Of a DNA stretch of 64,000 bases, positions 1 to 7,799 are shown in pieces (position 1 is the first letter of the stretch; each line of letters opens with the position of its first letter). Source of the DNA: Vulcanimicrobiota bacterium (GTDB lineage: Bacteria > Vulcanimicrobiota > Vulcanimicrobiia > Eremiobacterales > Eremiobacteraceae); the NCBI GenBank assembly GCA_963806005.1, contig CAWDWJ010000008.1:276531-340530 (forward strand), given 5' to 3'. The position numbers were made by a program, and so were the translations under genes. Under the pieces are notes generated by a model. That model saw nothing but the letters and a program-made list of their open reading frames with translations. It ran no database searches and was not told the DNA's origin.

Positions 1-2
1 AC

Positions 3-467
3 TTGGAGATCGAAGGCCGCGGTTCGACGACGGCCATCATCCAGGACCGTCAGCTCGACGTGATCACAAAACGCCTCATCCACGTCGACCTGCATGCCAT
101 CAGCCTCGACGAGATGGTCGAGGCCCACGTGCCGGTCGTGCTCGTCGGGGCGAGCCCCGGCGTGAAGGAAGGCGGCATCCTGGACTTCGTCGTGCGCGAG
201 CTGACCGTCGAGTGTCTGCCGACCGACATCCCGGATTCGATCCAGATCGACATCAGCGAGCTCAACATGTTCGACAACGTCCACGCTCGCGACATCAAGG
301 CGCCAGATGGCGTCAAGATCATCGAAGACGAGGGCGAGATCATCGTGTCCATCCTGCCGCCGTCCAAGGCCGAGGAAGCCCCGGTGGCCGCAGTAGCGGA
401 AGTCCCGCTCGAGCCGGAGCTCATCGGCGAGAAGAAGCCGGCCGCCGAAGAAGCCGAAGCGGAGTAA
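3..467 (+). CDS. rplY: 50S ribosomal protein L25 / general stress protein Ctc, C-terminal part (5' end lies outside the window)
   Basis: ORF reaches the window edge. The translation (HVDLHAISLDEMVEAHVPVVLVG...GGILDFVVRELTVECLPTDIP) fits the L25/Ctc fold, with an Ala/Glu-rich tail. It sits directly upstream of pth, a common arrangement. Confidence 0.85.
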   Translation: MEIEGRGSTTAIIQDRQLDVITKRLIHVDLHAISLDEMVEAHVPVVLVGASPGVKEGGILDFVVRELTVECLPTDIPDSIQIDISELNMFDNVHARDIKAPDGVKIIEDEGEIIVSILPPSKAEEAPVAAVAEVPLEPELIGEKKPAAEEAEAE

Positions 468-491
468 CCCGCGCAGCCGGCGCCTGGGCCT

Positions 492-1085
492 TTGGGGAGA
501 TCGCTCGTCGTCGGTCTGGGCAATCCAGGCAGGCAGTACGAGCGCACCCGGCACAACGTCGGCTTTCGCGTGATCGAGCTCGTCGCGCAGCGCCATGGGG
601 CGAGCGCGTGGCGCTCGAAATTCGAGGGCAGGTTCGCAGAGGCAGCGTCGCTCGGCGCTGCTTTGCTCTTGCCGCAGACCTACATGAACGACAGTGGCGA
701 GAGCGTCGCGCAGGCTGCGTCCTTCTACAAGATCCCGCCCGAGCGGGTGCTCGTCGTCTGCGACGACATCAACCTGCCGTTCGGCCGCTTGCGCTTTCGG
801 CGCAGCGGGAGCGACGGCGGGCATAACGGCCTCAAGTCGATCATCCTCGCGCTTGACAGTCTGGACTTCCCACGGCTGCGCGTCGGCATCGGACGCAGCG
901 GACCCGATGCGATCGACCACGTGCTCGGCATGTTCACCAAGGACGAAGAACGAGAACTTCCCGACATCGTCGCACGTGCGGCCGACGGCGTCGAGACCTT
1001 CGTGCGTGACGGTTCCGACGCGGCGATCTCGGCGGTCAATGCGTTCGGCGGTGGCGTGCCGGAGACGGACGTCGAGCAACCGTGA
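492..1085 (+). CDS. pth: peptidyl-tRNA hydrolase
   Basis: TTG start. Contains the signature GLGNPGRQYERTRHNVGF and the later DDINLPFGRLRFRRSGSDGGHNGLKS. Confidence 0.95.
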   Translation: MGRSLVVGLGNPGRQYERTRHNVGFRVIELVAQRHGASAWRSKFEGRFAEAASLGAALLLPQTYMNDSGESVAQAASFYKIPPERVLVVCDDINLPFGRLRFRRSGSDGGHNGLKSIILALDSLDFPRLRVGIGRSGPDAIDHVLGMFTKDEERELPDIVARAADGVETFVRDGSDAAISAVNAFGGGVPETDVEQP

Positions 1086-1315
1086 ACGTCCAGCCGTCGC
1101 CCGAGAGCCTCGGACGGCTTCTCATCATCGCCGGTCTCGCGCTCGCGCTCGTCGGCGTCATCGTCAGCTTCGCTCGCGCGTTGCGTCTGGGGTCTCTGCC
1201 CGGCGACCTGCACCTCTCGGGTCGCGGCTGGCAGCTCTGGCTGCCGCTCGGCACCTCGCTTGTGCTCTCGCTTGTGCTGACGCTGCTCTTGAATCTCTTC
1301 CTTCGGCGACGATAA
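1082..1315 (+). CDS. small membrane protein, DUF2905-like
   Basis: 77 aa with two hydrophobic helices flanking a GDLHLSGRGW loop. Overlaps the pth stop by 4 nt (translational coupling). Confidence 0.6.
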   Translation: MNVQPSPESLGRLLIIAGLALALVGVIVSFARALRLGSLPGDLHLSGRGWQLWLPLGTSLVLSLVLTLLLNLFLRRR

Positions 1316-1346
1316 CATAAGAAACGGAGGCAACGTTATATAGAGC

Positions 1347-2069
1347 ATGGACGCCTTCATCGACCCGGACCCCGAATCGCTTCCCACCGCCAAACCATTC
1401 GTCGGCCGCGTCGTCGTCGTACGGCTCGATCCGTCCGGAGGCGAAGACTCTACCTTCGTCGAGGACCTTGTGTTCATGCGCCGCCTTGGCGTCCAACCCG
1501 TCGTCGTGCATGACGTCGAGCAGCGCGCGTCGGGTTCGCGCCTCGTGGGGCTCATCAACCGGATCGGTGGGGAAGCCGTCGCGATCGACGGCACCTCGGC
1601 AAGCACGCTCGTACTGGCAGCAGACGAGGACGGCCGCAGCGTCGTGCGCAGCGTGAACGCGCAGCTGCTCTCGCTCTTACTCGGACAAGGCTATATCCCG
1701 GTCTTCAGCTCGCAGGGTGCGCTTTTCTCTGGCGCTGCCGCACCGCTCGACGCCGCCGAAGCCGCTCGGGTGCTTGCCGCGTCGGTCCACGCGATCCGCC
1801 TGCTCTACCCGAGCGGCACGGGCGGCATCCCAGCCGGCGGCGACGGCATCATCACAGAGCTCACCTCGTCAGAGGCACTCGCCCTTGCGCAGGCAGGCAC
1901 GCTCTCACCCGACCAGGCCCAGCAGCTCGCCGCGGCGGCGATGGGCGTGCGCGGCGGCGTGGACGCAGCGCAGCTGCTCGATCTCCGAGTCGCTCACGCC
2001 GCGCTCGTCGAGCTTTTGACGGCACAGCATCTCGGAACGCAGATCGTCTCGCACGTGGTGCTCGCCTAG
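1347..2069 (+). CDS. amino-acid-kinase (acetylglutamate kinase)-like protein with degenerate catalytic motifs
   Basis: 240 aa with overall ArgB-like layout (GRVVVVRLDPSGG ... QPVVVHD ... GYIPVFSS). The K-x-GG and HGGG glycine motifs are replaced. Confidence 0.5.
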   Translation: MDAFIDPDPESLPTAKPFVGRVVVVRLDPSGGEDSTFVEDLVFMRRLGVQPVVVHDVEQRASGSRLVGLINRIGGEAVAIDGTSASTLVLAADEDGRSVVRSVNAQLLSLLLGQGYIPVFSSQGALFSGAAAPLDAAEAARVLAASVHAIRLLYPSGTGGIPAGGDGIITELTSSEALALAQAGTLSPDQAQQLAAAAMGVRGGVDAAQLLDLRVAHAALVELLTAQHLGTQIVSHVVLA

Positions 2070-2635
2070 CCGCTGCGGCGGCTCCCTGGATCTTCAAGCG
2101 GCGCCCCTGCACGACAGCGCGGACACTCCTCGGGCGGATAGTCGGCGAGCGGCAGTTCGAGCAACGCGCTGACGGGATAGGGCAACTCCGCGTTCCCGCG
2201 TTTGACGACCGCGCCGATGGCGACGACCTGCGCACCGTGCGCTTTCACTACCTCGATGACTTCGGCGGTGGATTTGCCCGTGGTCATGACGTCTTCGACG
2301 ATCGCCACACGCTCGCCGGGCGAGAGCGCGAAACCGCGGCGCAGGGTGGGCACGCCGCCTTCTTTCTCGGTGAAGATCGTGCGCACGCCGAGGTGGCGCG
2401 CGACGATGTAGCCGGGCAGGATGCCCCCGACCGCTGCGGAGACGACCACCTGCGGATCGTAGGGGCGCAGGCGCTCGGCGAGCGCCGCACCGACCGCCTC
2501 GGCGGTGGGCGGGTCTTCGAAGATCCTGAACTTCTGGATGAAGCGATCGCTATGCAGGCCGCTCGAGAGACGGAAGTGCCCGGAGAGCAGCGCACCGCGC
2601 GTTGCCAAGAGCTCGAGCAGCTCCGCCGGCGTCAT
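2066..2635 (-). CDS. pyrE: orotate phosphoribosyltransferase
   Basis: Starts at internal Met MTPAELLELL (CAT at 2633-2635). PRPP motif VAIVEDVMTTGKS. Start overlaps the pyrF stop by 4 nt. Confidence 0.9.
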   Translation of the reverse strand: MTPAELLELLATRGALLSGHFRLSSGLHSDRFIQKFRIFEDPPTAEAVGAALAERLRPYDPQVVVSAAVGGILPGYIVARHLGVRTIFTEKEGGVPTLRRGFALSPGERVAIVEDVMTTGKSTAEVIEVVKAHGAQVVAIGAVVKRGNAELPYPVSALLELPLADYPPEECPRCRAGAPLEDPGSRRSG

Positions 2636-3354
2636 GTCGCCTTGGGCGTGACGGGCTTGAGCGCTTCGGCTTGGGCGAGCTCCGCGCAGATCTTCTGCAC
2701 GGCGAGGCGCGGGTCGGCGGCTTTGGTGATCGGCCTGCCCACGACGATGAAGTCGGCTCCCGCCAGCACGGCTTCCGATGGTGTCGCGGTCCGTTTTTGG
2801 TCGCCGCCGGCGTCGCCCGTCGGCCGGATGCCCGGACAGATGACGGTGAATGCTTCCGAAGTGCGCGCGCGGACGATGGGCACGTCCTCCACCGGACACA
2901 CGACGCCGTCGAGTCCGCACTCCTGGGCCAGCGCCGCCCGGATGCTCACCACCTCATGTATCGTACGATCGATGCCGATCTCACGCAGGTCCTCGTCGGA
3001 GAGGCTGGTCAGCATGGTCACCGCCACGATCTTCATCGACCGGCCGTTGGCGTTAATCTCATCGCGCGCTTTCGCCGCCGCCGTCATCATGGCGCGGCCT
3101 CCGGCCGCATGCACGGTCACAAAGGTTGCGCCGCTGCGGGCGACGCTGCGGATGGCGCCGGCGACGGTGTTGGGGATGTCGTGCAGCTTGAGGTCGAGGA
3201 AGATGTTGCGTCGTGCTTCGCGCAGCTCGGCGACGATCTCGCTACCGAACGAGTAGTAGGCCTGATAGCCGACCTTATACCACTGCACGTCGGCCGCCGT
3301 GTGCCGGAAGACGTCTTGCGCCTCTTCGAGCTTGGCCTCGTCGAGAGCGATCAT
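2632..3354 (-). CDS. pyrF: orotidine 5'-phosphate decarboxylase
   Basis: Starts at MIALDEAKLEEA (CAT at 3352-3354). Motifs FLDLKLHDIPNTV and VVGRPIT. Confidence 0.9.
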   Translation of the reverse strand: MIALDEAKLEEAQDVFRHTAADVQWYKVGYQAYYSFGSEIVAELREARRNIFLDLKLHDIPNTVAGAIRSVARSGATFVTVHAAGGRAMMTAAAKARDEINANGRSMKIVAVTMLTSLSDEDLREIGIDRTIHEVVSIRAALAQECGLDGVVCPVEDVPIVRARTSEAFTVICPGIRPTGDAGGDQKRTATPSEAVLAGADFIVVGRPITKAADPRLAVQKICAELAQAEALKPVTPKAT

Positions 3355-3362
3355 GAGCTGCG

Positions 3363-4358
3363 TCAAACGTGACCATCCTTTGTCGAAAGCGGTGTGCCGG
3401 CCGGCGAGCGCTGGCCGGCGAAGCCTGGATTGGCGAGCCCGGTCAGCTGGCGCACGGTCGCGAAACGCCGGCGCGCCATCTCCGCCTCGATCGACTCGAG
3501 CACGCGGACGTGCACGAGCGGATCGCGGAAGTTCGCGGTGCCGATGCCGACGGCGCTCGCGCCTGCGAGCAAGAACTCGAGCGCATCGCGGCCTGTTTCG
3601 ATGCCGCCCATGCCGACGATCGGGATCGTCACAGCCGTCGCCACCTCCCAGACCGCGTGCACCGCGATGGGGCGGATGGCCGGGCCGCTCAGACCGCCCG
3701 AGCGGTTGGCGAGCATGGGTCGCGCGCGGGCGACGTCGATCGCCATGCCGCGCACCGCGTTGATGACGGAGAGCGCGTCGGCCCCCGCATCTTGTGCTGC
3801 GCGCGCGATCGGCTTGAGGTCGGACACGTTCGGCATGAGCTTGGCGATCACCGGCAGCTTGACGCGCGCTTTCACCGCCTTCACGACCGCCGCGATCGAT
3901 CGCGGATCGGCGGCGAAGCACTCGCCCTCGCGATCGACGTTGGGACACGAGACGTCGAGCTCGATCGCGACGACGTTGGGCAGCCCGTCCATGGCAGATG
4001 CGACCTCGGCGAACTCGCCGACCGTGAACCCTGCGACGCTCGCGATGACCGCCGTGGGCACGTCGGCAAGCTTGAGCGCGTCATGGGCCAAGAAGTGCGC
4101 GATGCCGGGGCCCTGCAAGCCGATGGCGTTGAGCATGCCGCCGGGTGTGGTGGCGATGCGCGGCATGTCGTTGCCCAGGCGCGGCGCCTTCGTGACGCTC
4201 TTGAGCGTGATGGCGCCGTAGCGGCTGACGTCGGCGATCTTCCCGTATTCCGCCCCGCGGTTGTAGCAGCCGCTGGCGGCGATGGTTGGGTTGCGCAGGA
4301 TCGCGGAACCGATCGCGACCCGGGTGTCGATTGCGCCTGCATCGTCTAGTCGCGCCAT
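3363..4358 (-). CDS. pyrD: dihydroorotate dehydrogenase, class 1B catalytic subunit
   Basis: Starts at MARLDDAGAIDT (CAT at 4356-4358). Motifs NPTIAASGC, LNAIGLQGPG, GGLSGPAIRPIA. Sits next to pyrK. Confidence 0.9.
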   Translation of the reverse strand: MARLDDAGAIDTRVAIGSAILRNPTIAASGCYNRGAEYGKIADVSRYGAITLKSVTKAPRLGNDMPRIATTPGGMLNAIGLQGPGIAHFLAHDALKLADVPTAVIASVAGFTVGEFAEVASAMDGLPNVVAIELDVSCPNVDREGECFAADPRSIAAVVKAVKARVKLPVIAKLMPNVSDLKPIARAAQDAGADALSVINAVRGMAIDVARARPMLANRSGGLSGPAIRPIAVHAVWEVATAVTIPIVGMGGIETGRDALEFLLAGASAVGIGTANFRDPLVHVRVLESIEAEMARRRFATVRQLTGLANPGFAGQRSPAGTPLSTKDGHV

Positions 4359-5200
4359 AGAACGTCCGCCGCGTCGAAGACGGTGCCGTCCGTGCAGATG
4401 CGGGCCAGATCGAAATCTCGTTGCTCGCCCGGCGCTTTCGGGTAACCCGTGCCTTGTGGGCAGCCACGGCGGACGGGCACGACGCAACCCCAGCACGTGC
4501 CCAGCGAGCAGGCGAACGTCTCTTCCATGGATGTCTGACAACGCACGCGCTCGCTCGTCGCGAGCGTGCACAGGGCGCGTAGCATCCCTGGCGGCCCGCA
4601 GGCGTAGATGATGTCAGGACGAGGCATCGAGCGCACGCGATCCACGACCGAGCCGTGGAACCCGGCGCTGCCGTCATCCGTGCAGATCTCGATGGGGAAG
4701 CCGTGCGCCGCCAGATCGCGAGCGCCGACGACGTGCTCCGCGGAACGCGCGCCGAGCACTATCGTCGTGTCTGCCTGTGCGCCACGGAGCTCGCGCGCTA
4801 GCAGCCAAAACGGCGAGACGCCGAGGCCCCCCGCCACGATGAGGGCCTTTTCGCCCGCTTTGGGCAGCGCGAATTGGTTGCCAAGCGGCCCGATGCAACT
4901 GATCGTCTCTCCTAAGGGGCTGTGGGCAAGACGCCGGGTTCTTTCGCCCCACTCTTGGAACAGCACGGTGAAGTCATCGCCGCTCGTCGTGAAGACGCCG
5001 AGCGGCAGGCGCACGACGAAGCCGCCGGGCACGTCGACGGCGACGTACTGCGCGGGGCGGGCGCCGCTCGCTATTTCCGGACAATGGATGCCCACACACC
5101 AAAAACCGGGAGGTCTATACTCCCGGCTCACGATGGTCGCAGTCTGCAACCGCGGCGCTGCTATCGGCATCTCTACCCTAGTTTTGCGCCGTTTAGACAT
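4346..5200 (-). CDS. pyrK: dihydroorotate dehydrogenase electron-transfer (FAD/2Fe-2S) subunit
   Basis: Ferredoxin-reductase-like body plus a C-terminal Cys cluster (CQTSMEETFACSLGTCWGC). An alternative start at 5170 (MPIAAPRL) is possible. Confidence 0.85.
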   Translation of the reverse strand: MSKRRKTRVEMPIAAPRLQTATIVSREYRPPGFWCVGIHCPEIASGARPAQYVAVDVPGGFVVRLPLGVFTTSGDDFTVLFQEWGERTRRLAHSPLGETISCIGPLGNQFALPKAGEKALIVAGGLGVSPFWLLARELRGAQADTTIVLGARSAEHVVGARDLAAHGFPIEICTDDGSAGFHGSVVDRVRSMPRPDIIYACGPPGMLRALCTLATSERVRCQTSMEETFACSLGTCWGCVVPVRRGCPQGTGYPKAPGEQRDFDLARICTDGTVFDAADVLWRD

Positions 5201-5313
5201 ACCCTCTGGCCGTGCGCCCCGTCATAGTGAGGAGTCGCAAGCCGGTCATCGGGACGGGTCAGGTAATGTTTCGGCGCGGTTGGGTGTTATATAGGTGAAA
5301 GGTCACGTGGATC

Positions 5314-5454
5314 ATGCAAGGTGTGCTCGTTCTCAAGACCATGGCCGATGCGATGGAGCAAGGCTTCCTCTTCTTCGACCGCTCCAAAGAGGGCTACTAT
5401 ATCGTCCGCAAGATGACACCGCGCGGTTGGGCTCTCGCCATCGTCGAGAAATAG
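5314..5454 (+). CDS. small hypothetical protein (46 aa)
   Basis: ATG ORF MQGVLVLKTMADAMEQGFLFFDRSKEGYYIVRKMTPRGWALAIVEK, too short for the ORF track. Followed by a plus-strand hairpin with a T-run at 5502-5530. RBS is weak. Confidence 0.3.
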   Translation: MQGVLVLKTMADAMEQGFLFFDRSKEGYYIVRKMTPRGWALAIVEK

Positions 5455-5501
5455 CCTCAGTAATGTAGGGTGCCAATTCATTGGCACCCAGCTCTCCCCG
5501 T

Positions 5502-5530
5502 AAAGGCGCGACTCCGGTCGCGCCTTTTCT
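5502..5530 (+). terminator. rho-independent terminator (plus-strand sense)
   Basis: 11-bp stem AAAGGCGCGAC / GTCGCGCCTTT with loop TCCG, followed by a T-rich run (TCTATTT). A second perfect 7-bp hairpin lies at 5470-5487. Confidence 0.6.
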
Positions 5531-6287
5531 ATTTCACCTGATAGACGACGGACACGGTCGCAGTCACCGCGTCGGTACCCGGCAAGAGCGATGCCGAGCT
5601 GCGAAAGGCGGCTTGCATCGGCGCGATGCCGCCCTGCGCCTCTGAGGCGTTCGTGATCGACTGGATACCGGTGATCGTCAGGTGCGCGGCAGCGGCGATG
5701 GCGTCGGCGGACTGACGCGCCGATTGCACGGCGTTCGCCAGCGCCTTGCGGTAGAGACTGTCAGCGTTGCTAGATTGGTAGTTGAGGCCGAACGACTCGT
5801 TGGCACCCGCACCGATCGCGGCGTCCAGCACTTTCCCGGCAAGGCTCACCGGGCTTGTCACTTCGAGCATCTCCGACGCGACGTATTGACCAGCCGTGGC
5901 CGCACTGGCGCTGACCGCGGTTTGGGCGACCGGCGGCGCCGGCTCGCGATAGGAGAGGTTATACCCGACGGTCTTGATCGAACCCGCGTTGATGCCCAGC
6001 GCTTTGACGGCCGAGATCACCTGCGCCGAGTTCTTGTTGATCGTGTCGATCGCGCTCGCCGCGCTCGGCGACTCGGCTCTGATCCCGACGTTGACGCGCA
6101 CGATGTCCGGAACGTATGTGACCGTGCCCGTGGCGACGACGGTGATCTGCTGCGGCATGTGCATGGACATCATATGCATCATGTTCGTGGACATCGGCAT
6201 CGGCGCGGTTGTCTGCGCGGCAGCCGCCTCGACGAATGCCACAAGCGCACAAGCGGCGATGGTGGCGGATAGGAGCGATCGGGACAT
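5529..6287 (-). CDS. SIMPL / DUF541 periplasmic protein
   Basis: Start at MSRSLLSATIAACALVAFVEAAAA (signal peptide) with RBS AAGGAG upstream. Body matches the SIMPL family pattern (TVTYVPDIVRVNVGIRAE...). Confidence 0.8.
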   Translation of the reverse strand: MSRSLLSATIAACALVAFVEAAAAQTTAPMPMSTNMMHMMSMHMPQQITVVATGTVTYVPDIVRVNVGIRAESPSAASAIDTINKNSAQVISAVKALGINAGSIKTVGYNLSYREPAPPVAQTAVSASAATAGQYVASEMLEVTSPVSLAGKVLDAAIGAGANESFGLNYQSSNADSLYRKALANAVQSARQSADAIAAAAHLTITGIQSITNASEAQGGIAPMQAAFRSSASLLPGTDAVTATVSVVYQVK

Positions 6288-6327
6288 CTGTATCTCCTTG
6301 TCGATCGCCGCGACCGCGCGTGCGGCG

Positions 6328-6870
6328 CTAGTCCGGAAATCGAGTGCGTTCGAGTGCTTCATACCGGGTCGTGTGACCTGCCGGCATCGATCGGAAGAGC
6401 GTCAAACCGCTGACCGTCAGGGCCGCTCGGTCGGGCAGCGCTGGGAGTGCGCCATTTGCGGTCTGGGTCGGGCGGCAGATCGTGACGTGTGGAGCGGCGT
6501 CGTGTTCGAAGGTGAAGCCGAGGCGCTCGTATGCCGCGCGCACGCGACCCGCGCAGGCGGCGAATGCCGCGCTCTCCTGTGCTGGACCGATCCACAGCAC
6601 GCGCGGGCGCCGCTCGTTTGGAAATGCACCGGCACGGGAGAACTCAAGCTCGAAGGGCCGGCACGCCGCACTCGCCTCGCGCAGCGCCTGCGCCACCGCG
6701 GGGAGGACGTCGGCCGGCGTGCTGCCCAGGAAGGCGACCGTGACGTGCAGCTTCTCGGGCGCTTCGAACCTGCCCGCGACCCCTGCGGCGGCGAACGCGG
6801 CCGCCGCGCTTGACGCAAGCGCGCGCACGGCGTCGTCGATCTCGACCGCCACGAACAGGCGTAGCTTCAT
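6328..6870 (-). CDS. thpR: RNA 2',3'-cyclic phosphodiesterase / 2'-5' RNA ligase family
   Basis: Start MKLRLFVAVEI (CAT at 6868-6870, RBS TAGGAG). Two H-x-T motifs (LHVTVAF and PHVTICR). Confidence 0.8.
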   Translation of the reverse strand: MKLRLFVAVEIDDAVRALASSAAAAFAAAGVAGRFEAPEKLHVTVAFLGSTPADVLPAVAQALREASAACRPFELEFSRAGAFPNERRPRVLWIGPAQESAAFAACAGRVRAAYERLGFTFEHDAAPHVTICRPTQTANGALPALPDRAALTVSGLTLFRSMPAGHTTRYEALERTRFPD

Positions 6871-6990
6871 CGGGCTCCTATGATTCGCAGCACACAAGGG
6901 CTTGTCCCGCGCGACGGTCTCATGACGGGTTAATGATGGCCCAATCGCCATCCGAGTAAATTAGATGTAGCGTCATTATCAAGAGCACCG

Positions 6991-7016
6991 TGAAGCAACG
7001 GACCTTCAGGTCCGTT
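6991..7016 (+). promoter_or_regulatory. palindromic hairpin/operator-like element, copy 1
   Basis: TGAAGCAACGGACCTTCAGGTCCGTT; perfect 8-bp arms AACGGACC / GGTCCGTT. Abuts the TTG start of the response regulator. Near-identical copy at 13278-13303. Confidence 0.4.
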
Positions 7017-7741
7017 TGGCCGCACGGACGAGAGGGAGCCCGATCCTGGAAGCAGCGCCATCTGCCTCGCCAAAGTCGAAACAGCGCATCCTCGTCGTCG
7101 AGGACGATTCGAACATCGCCCGCGTGCTGCAGCTCGAGCTCGAACACGAGGGCTTTGAAGTCGAGGTCTGCGGCGATGGAGCATCGGCCATCGAGCGCGC
7201 TCTCAAGGCCCCCGACCTCATCATCCTCGACGTGCTGCTGCCGCGCATCGACGGGCTCGAGGTCTGCCGCCGCGTCCGCAAGCACTCATCCGTGCCCATC
7301 ATCATGCTCACCGCCAAGGATGCGGTGCCGGATCGCATCACCGGGCTCGACACGGGCGCTAACGACTATCTCACCAAGCCCTTCTCGATCGAAGAGCTGC
7401 TGGCGCGTATCCGCGTGCAGCTGCGCGAGCGCGAGCCCGGTCCACGACTGCTCGCGGCGAAAGACCTGACGCTTGACCGCGATACGCGTGACGTCACGCG
7501 TGGCGGGCGGCACATCTCATTGACCGCCAAGGAATTCTCGCTGCTCGAGTTCCTCCTCATGTACCCGAACAAGGTCCACTCCCGCGATGAGATCTTCAAC
7601 AGCGTGTGGGGATCCGACTTTCTGGGCGAATCCAACCTCATCGACGTCTACATCCGCTATCTGCGGAACAAGGTCGACGTCGGGAGCGAGGAAAAGCTGA
7701 TCCAGACGGTTCGGGGAGTCGGTTATTCGCTCCGCATCTAG
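7016..7741 (+). CDS. OmpR-family response regulator
   Basis: Receiver domain (RILVVEDD ... LIILDVLLPRIDG) plus winged-helix output (TVRGVGYSLR). TTG at 7016 is the only start codon in frame. Confidence 0.9.
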   Translation: MAARTRGSPILEAAPSASPKSKQRILVVEDDSNIARVLQLELEHEGFEVEVCGDGASAIERALKAPDLIILDVLLPRIDGLEVCRRVRKHSSVPIIMLTAKDAVPDRITGLDTGANDYLTKPFSIEELLARIRVQLREREPGPRLLAAKDLTLDRDTRDVTRGGRHISLTAKEFSLLEFLLMYPNKVHSRDEIFNSVWGSDFLGESNLIDVYIRYLRNKVDVGSEEKLIQTVRGVGYSLRI

Positions 7742-7799
7742 ACGCCAGATCCCGTTCTTCGCCAGCCTCCGTTCGCGCATCACCTTCGCCTACGCGGGG

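Noticed and set aside
212-826. Numerous overlapping or antisense ORFs of 60-400 aa throughout the core regions, for example 212-826, 725-1606, 3369-4349, 35513-36286, 46169-47842, 54710-56110 and 56946-58166.
   Set aside because: They lie opposite or out of frame to genes with clear family signatures, and their translations are low-complexity R/A/G/P-rich. This is the expected behaviour of a high-G+C genome.
2632-3948. Long N-terminal extensions of several minus-strand ORFs in the track: 2632-3948, 2066-2920, 3363-4571, 56940-58277, 59251-60327 and 38608-40320.
   Set aside because: The extensions are Arg/Pro/Ala-rich, typical of out-of-context high-G+C translation. They overlap the neighbouring real genes. 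Internal Met or Val starts align with the conserved N-termini of the families and have RBS-like sequences.
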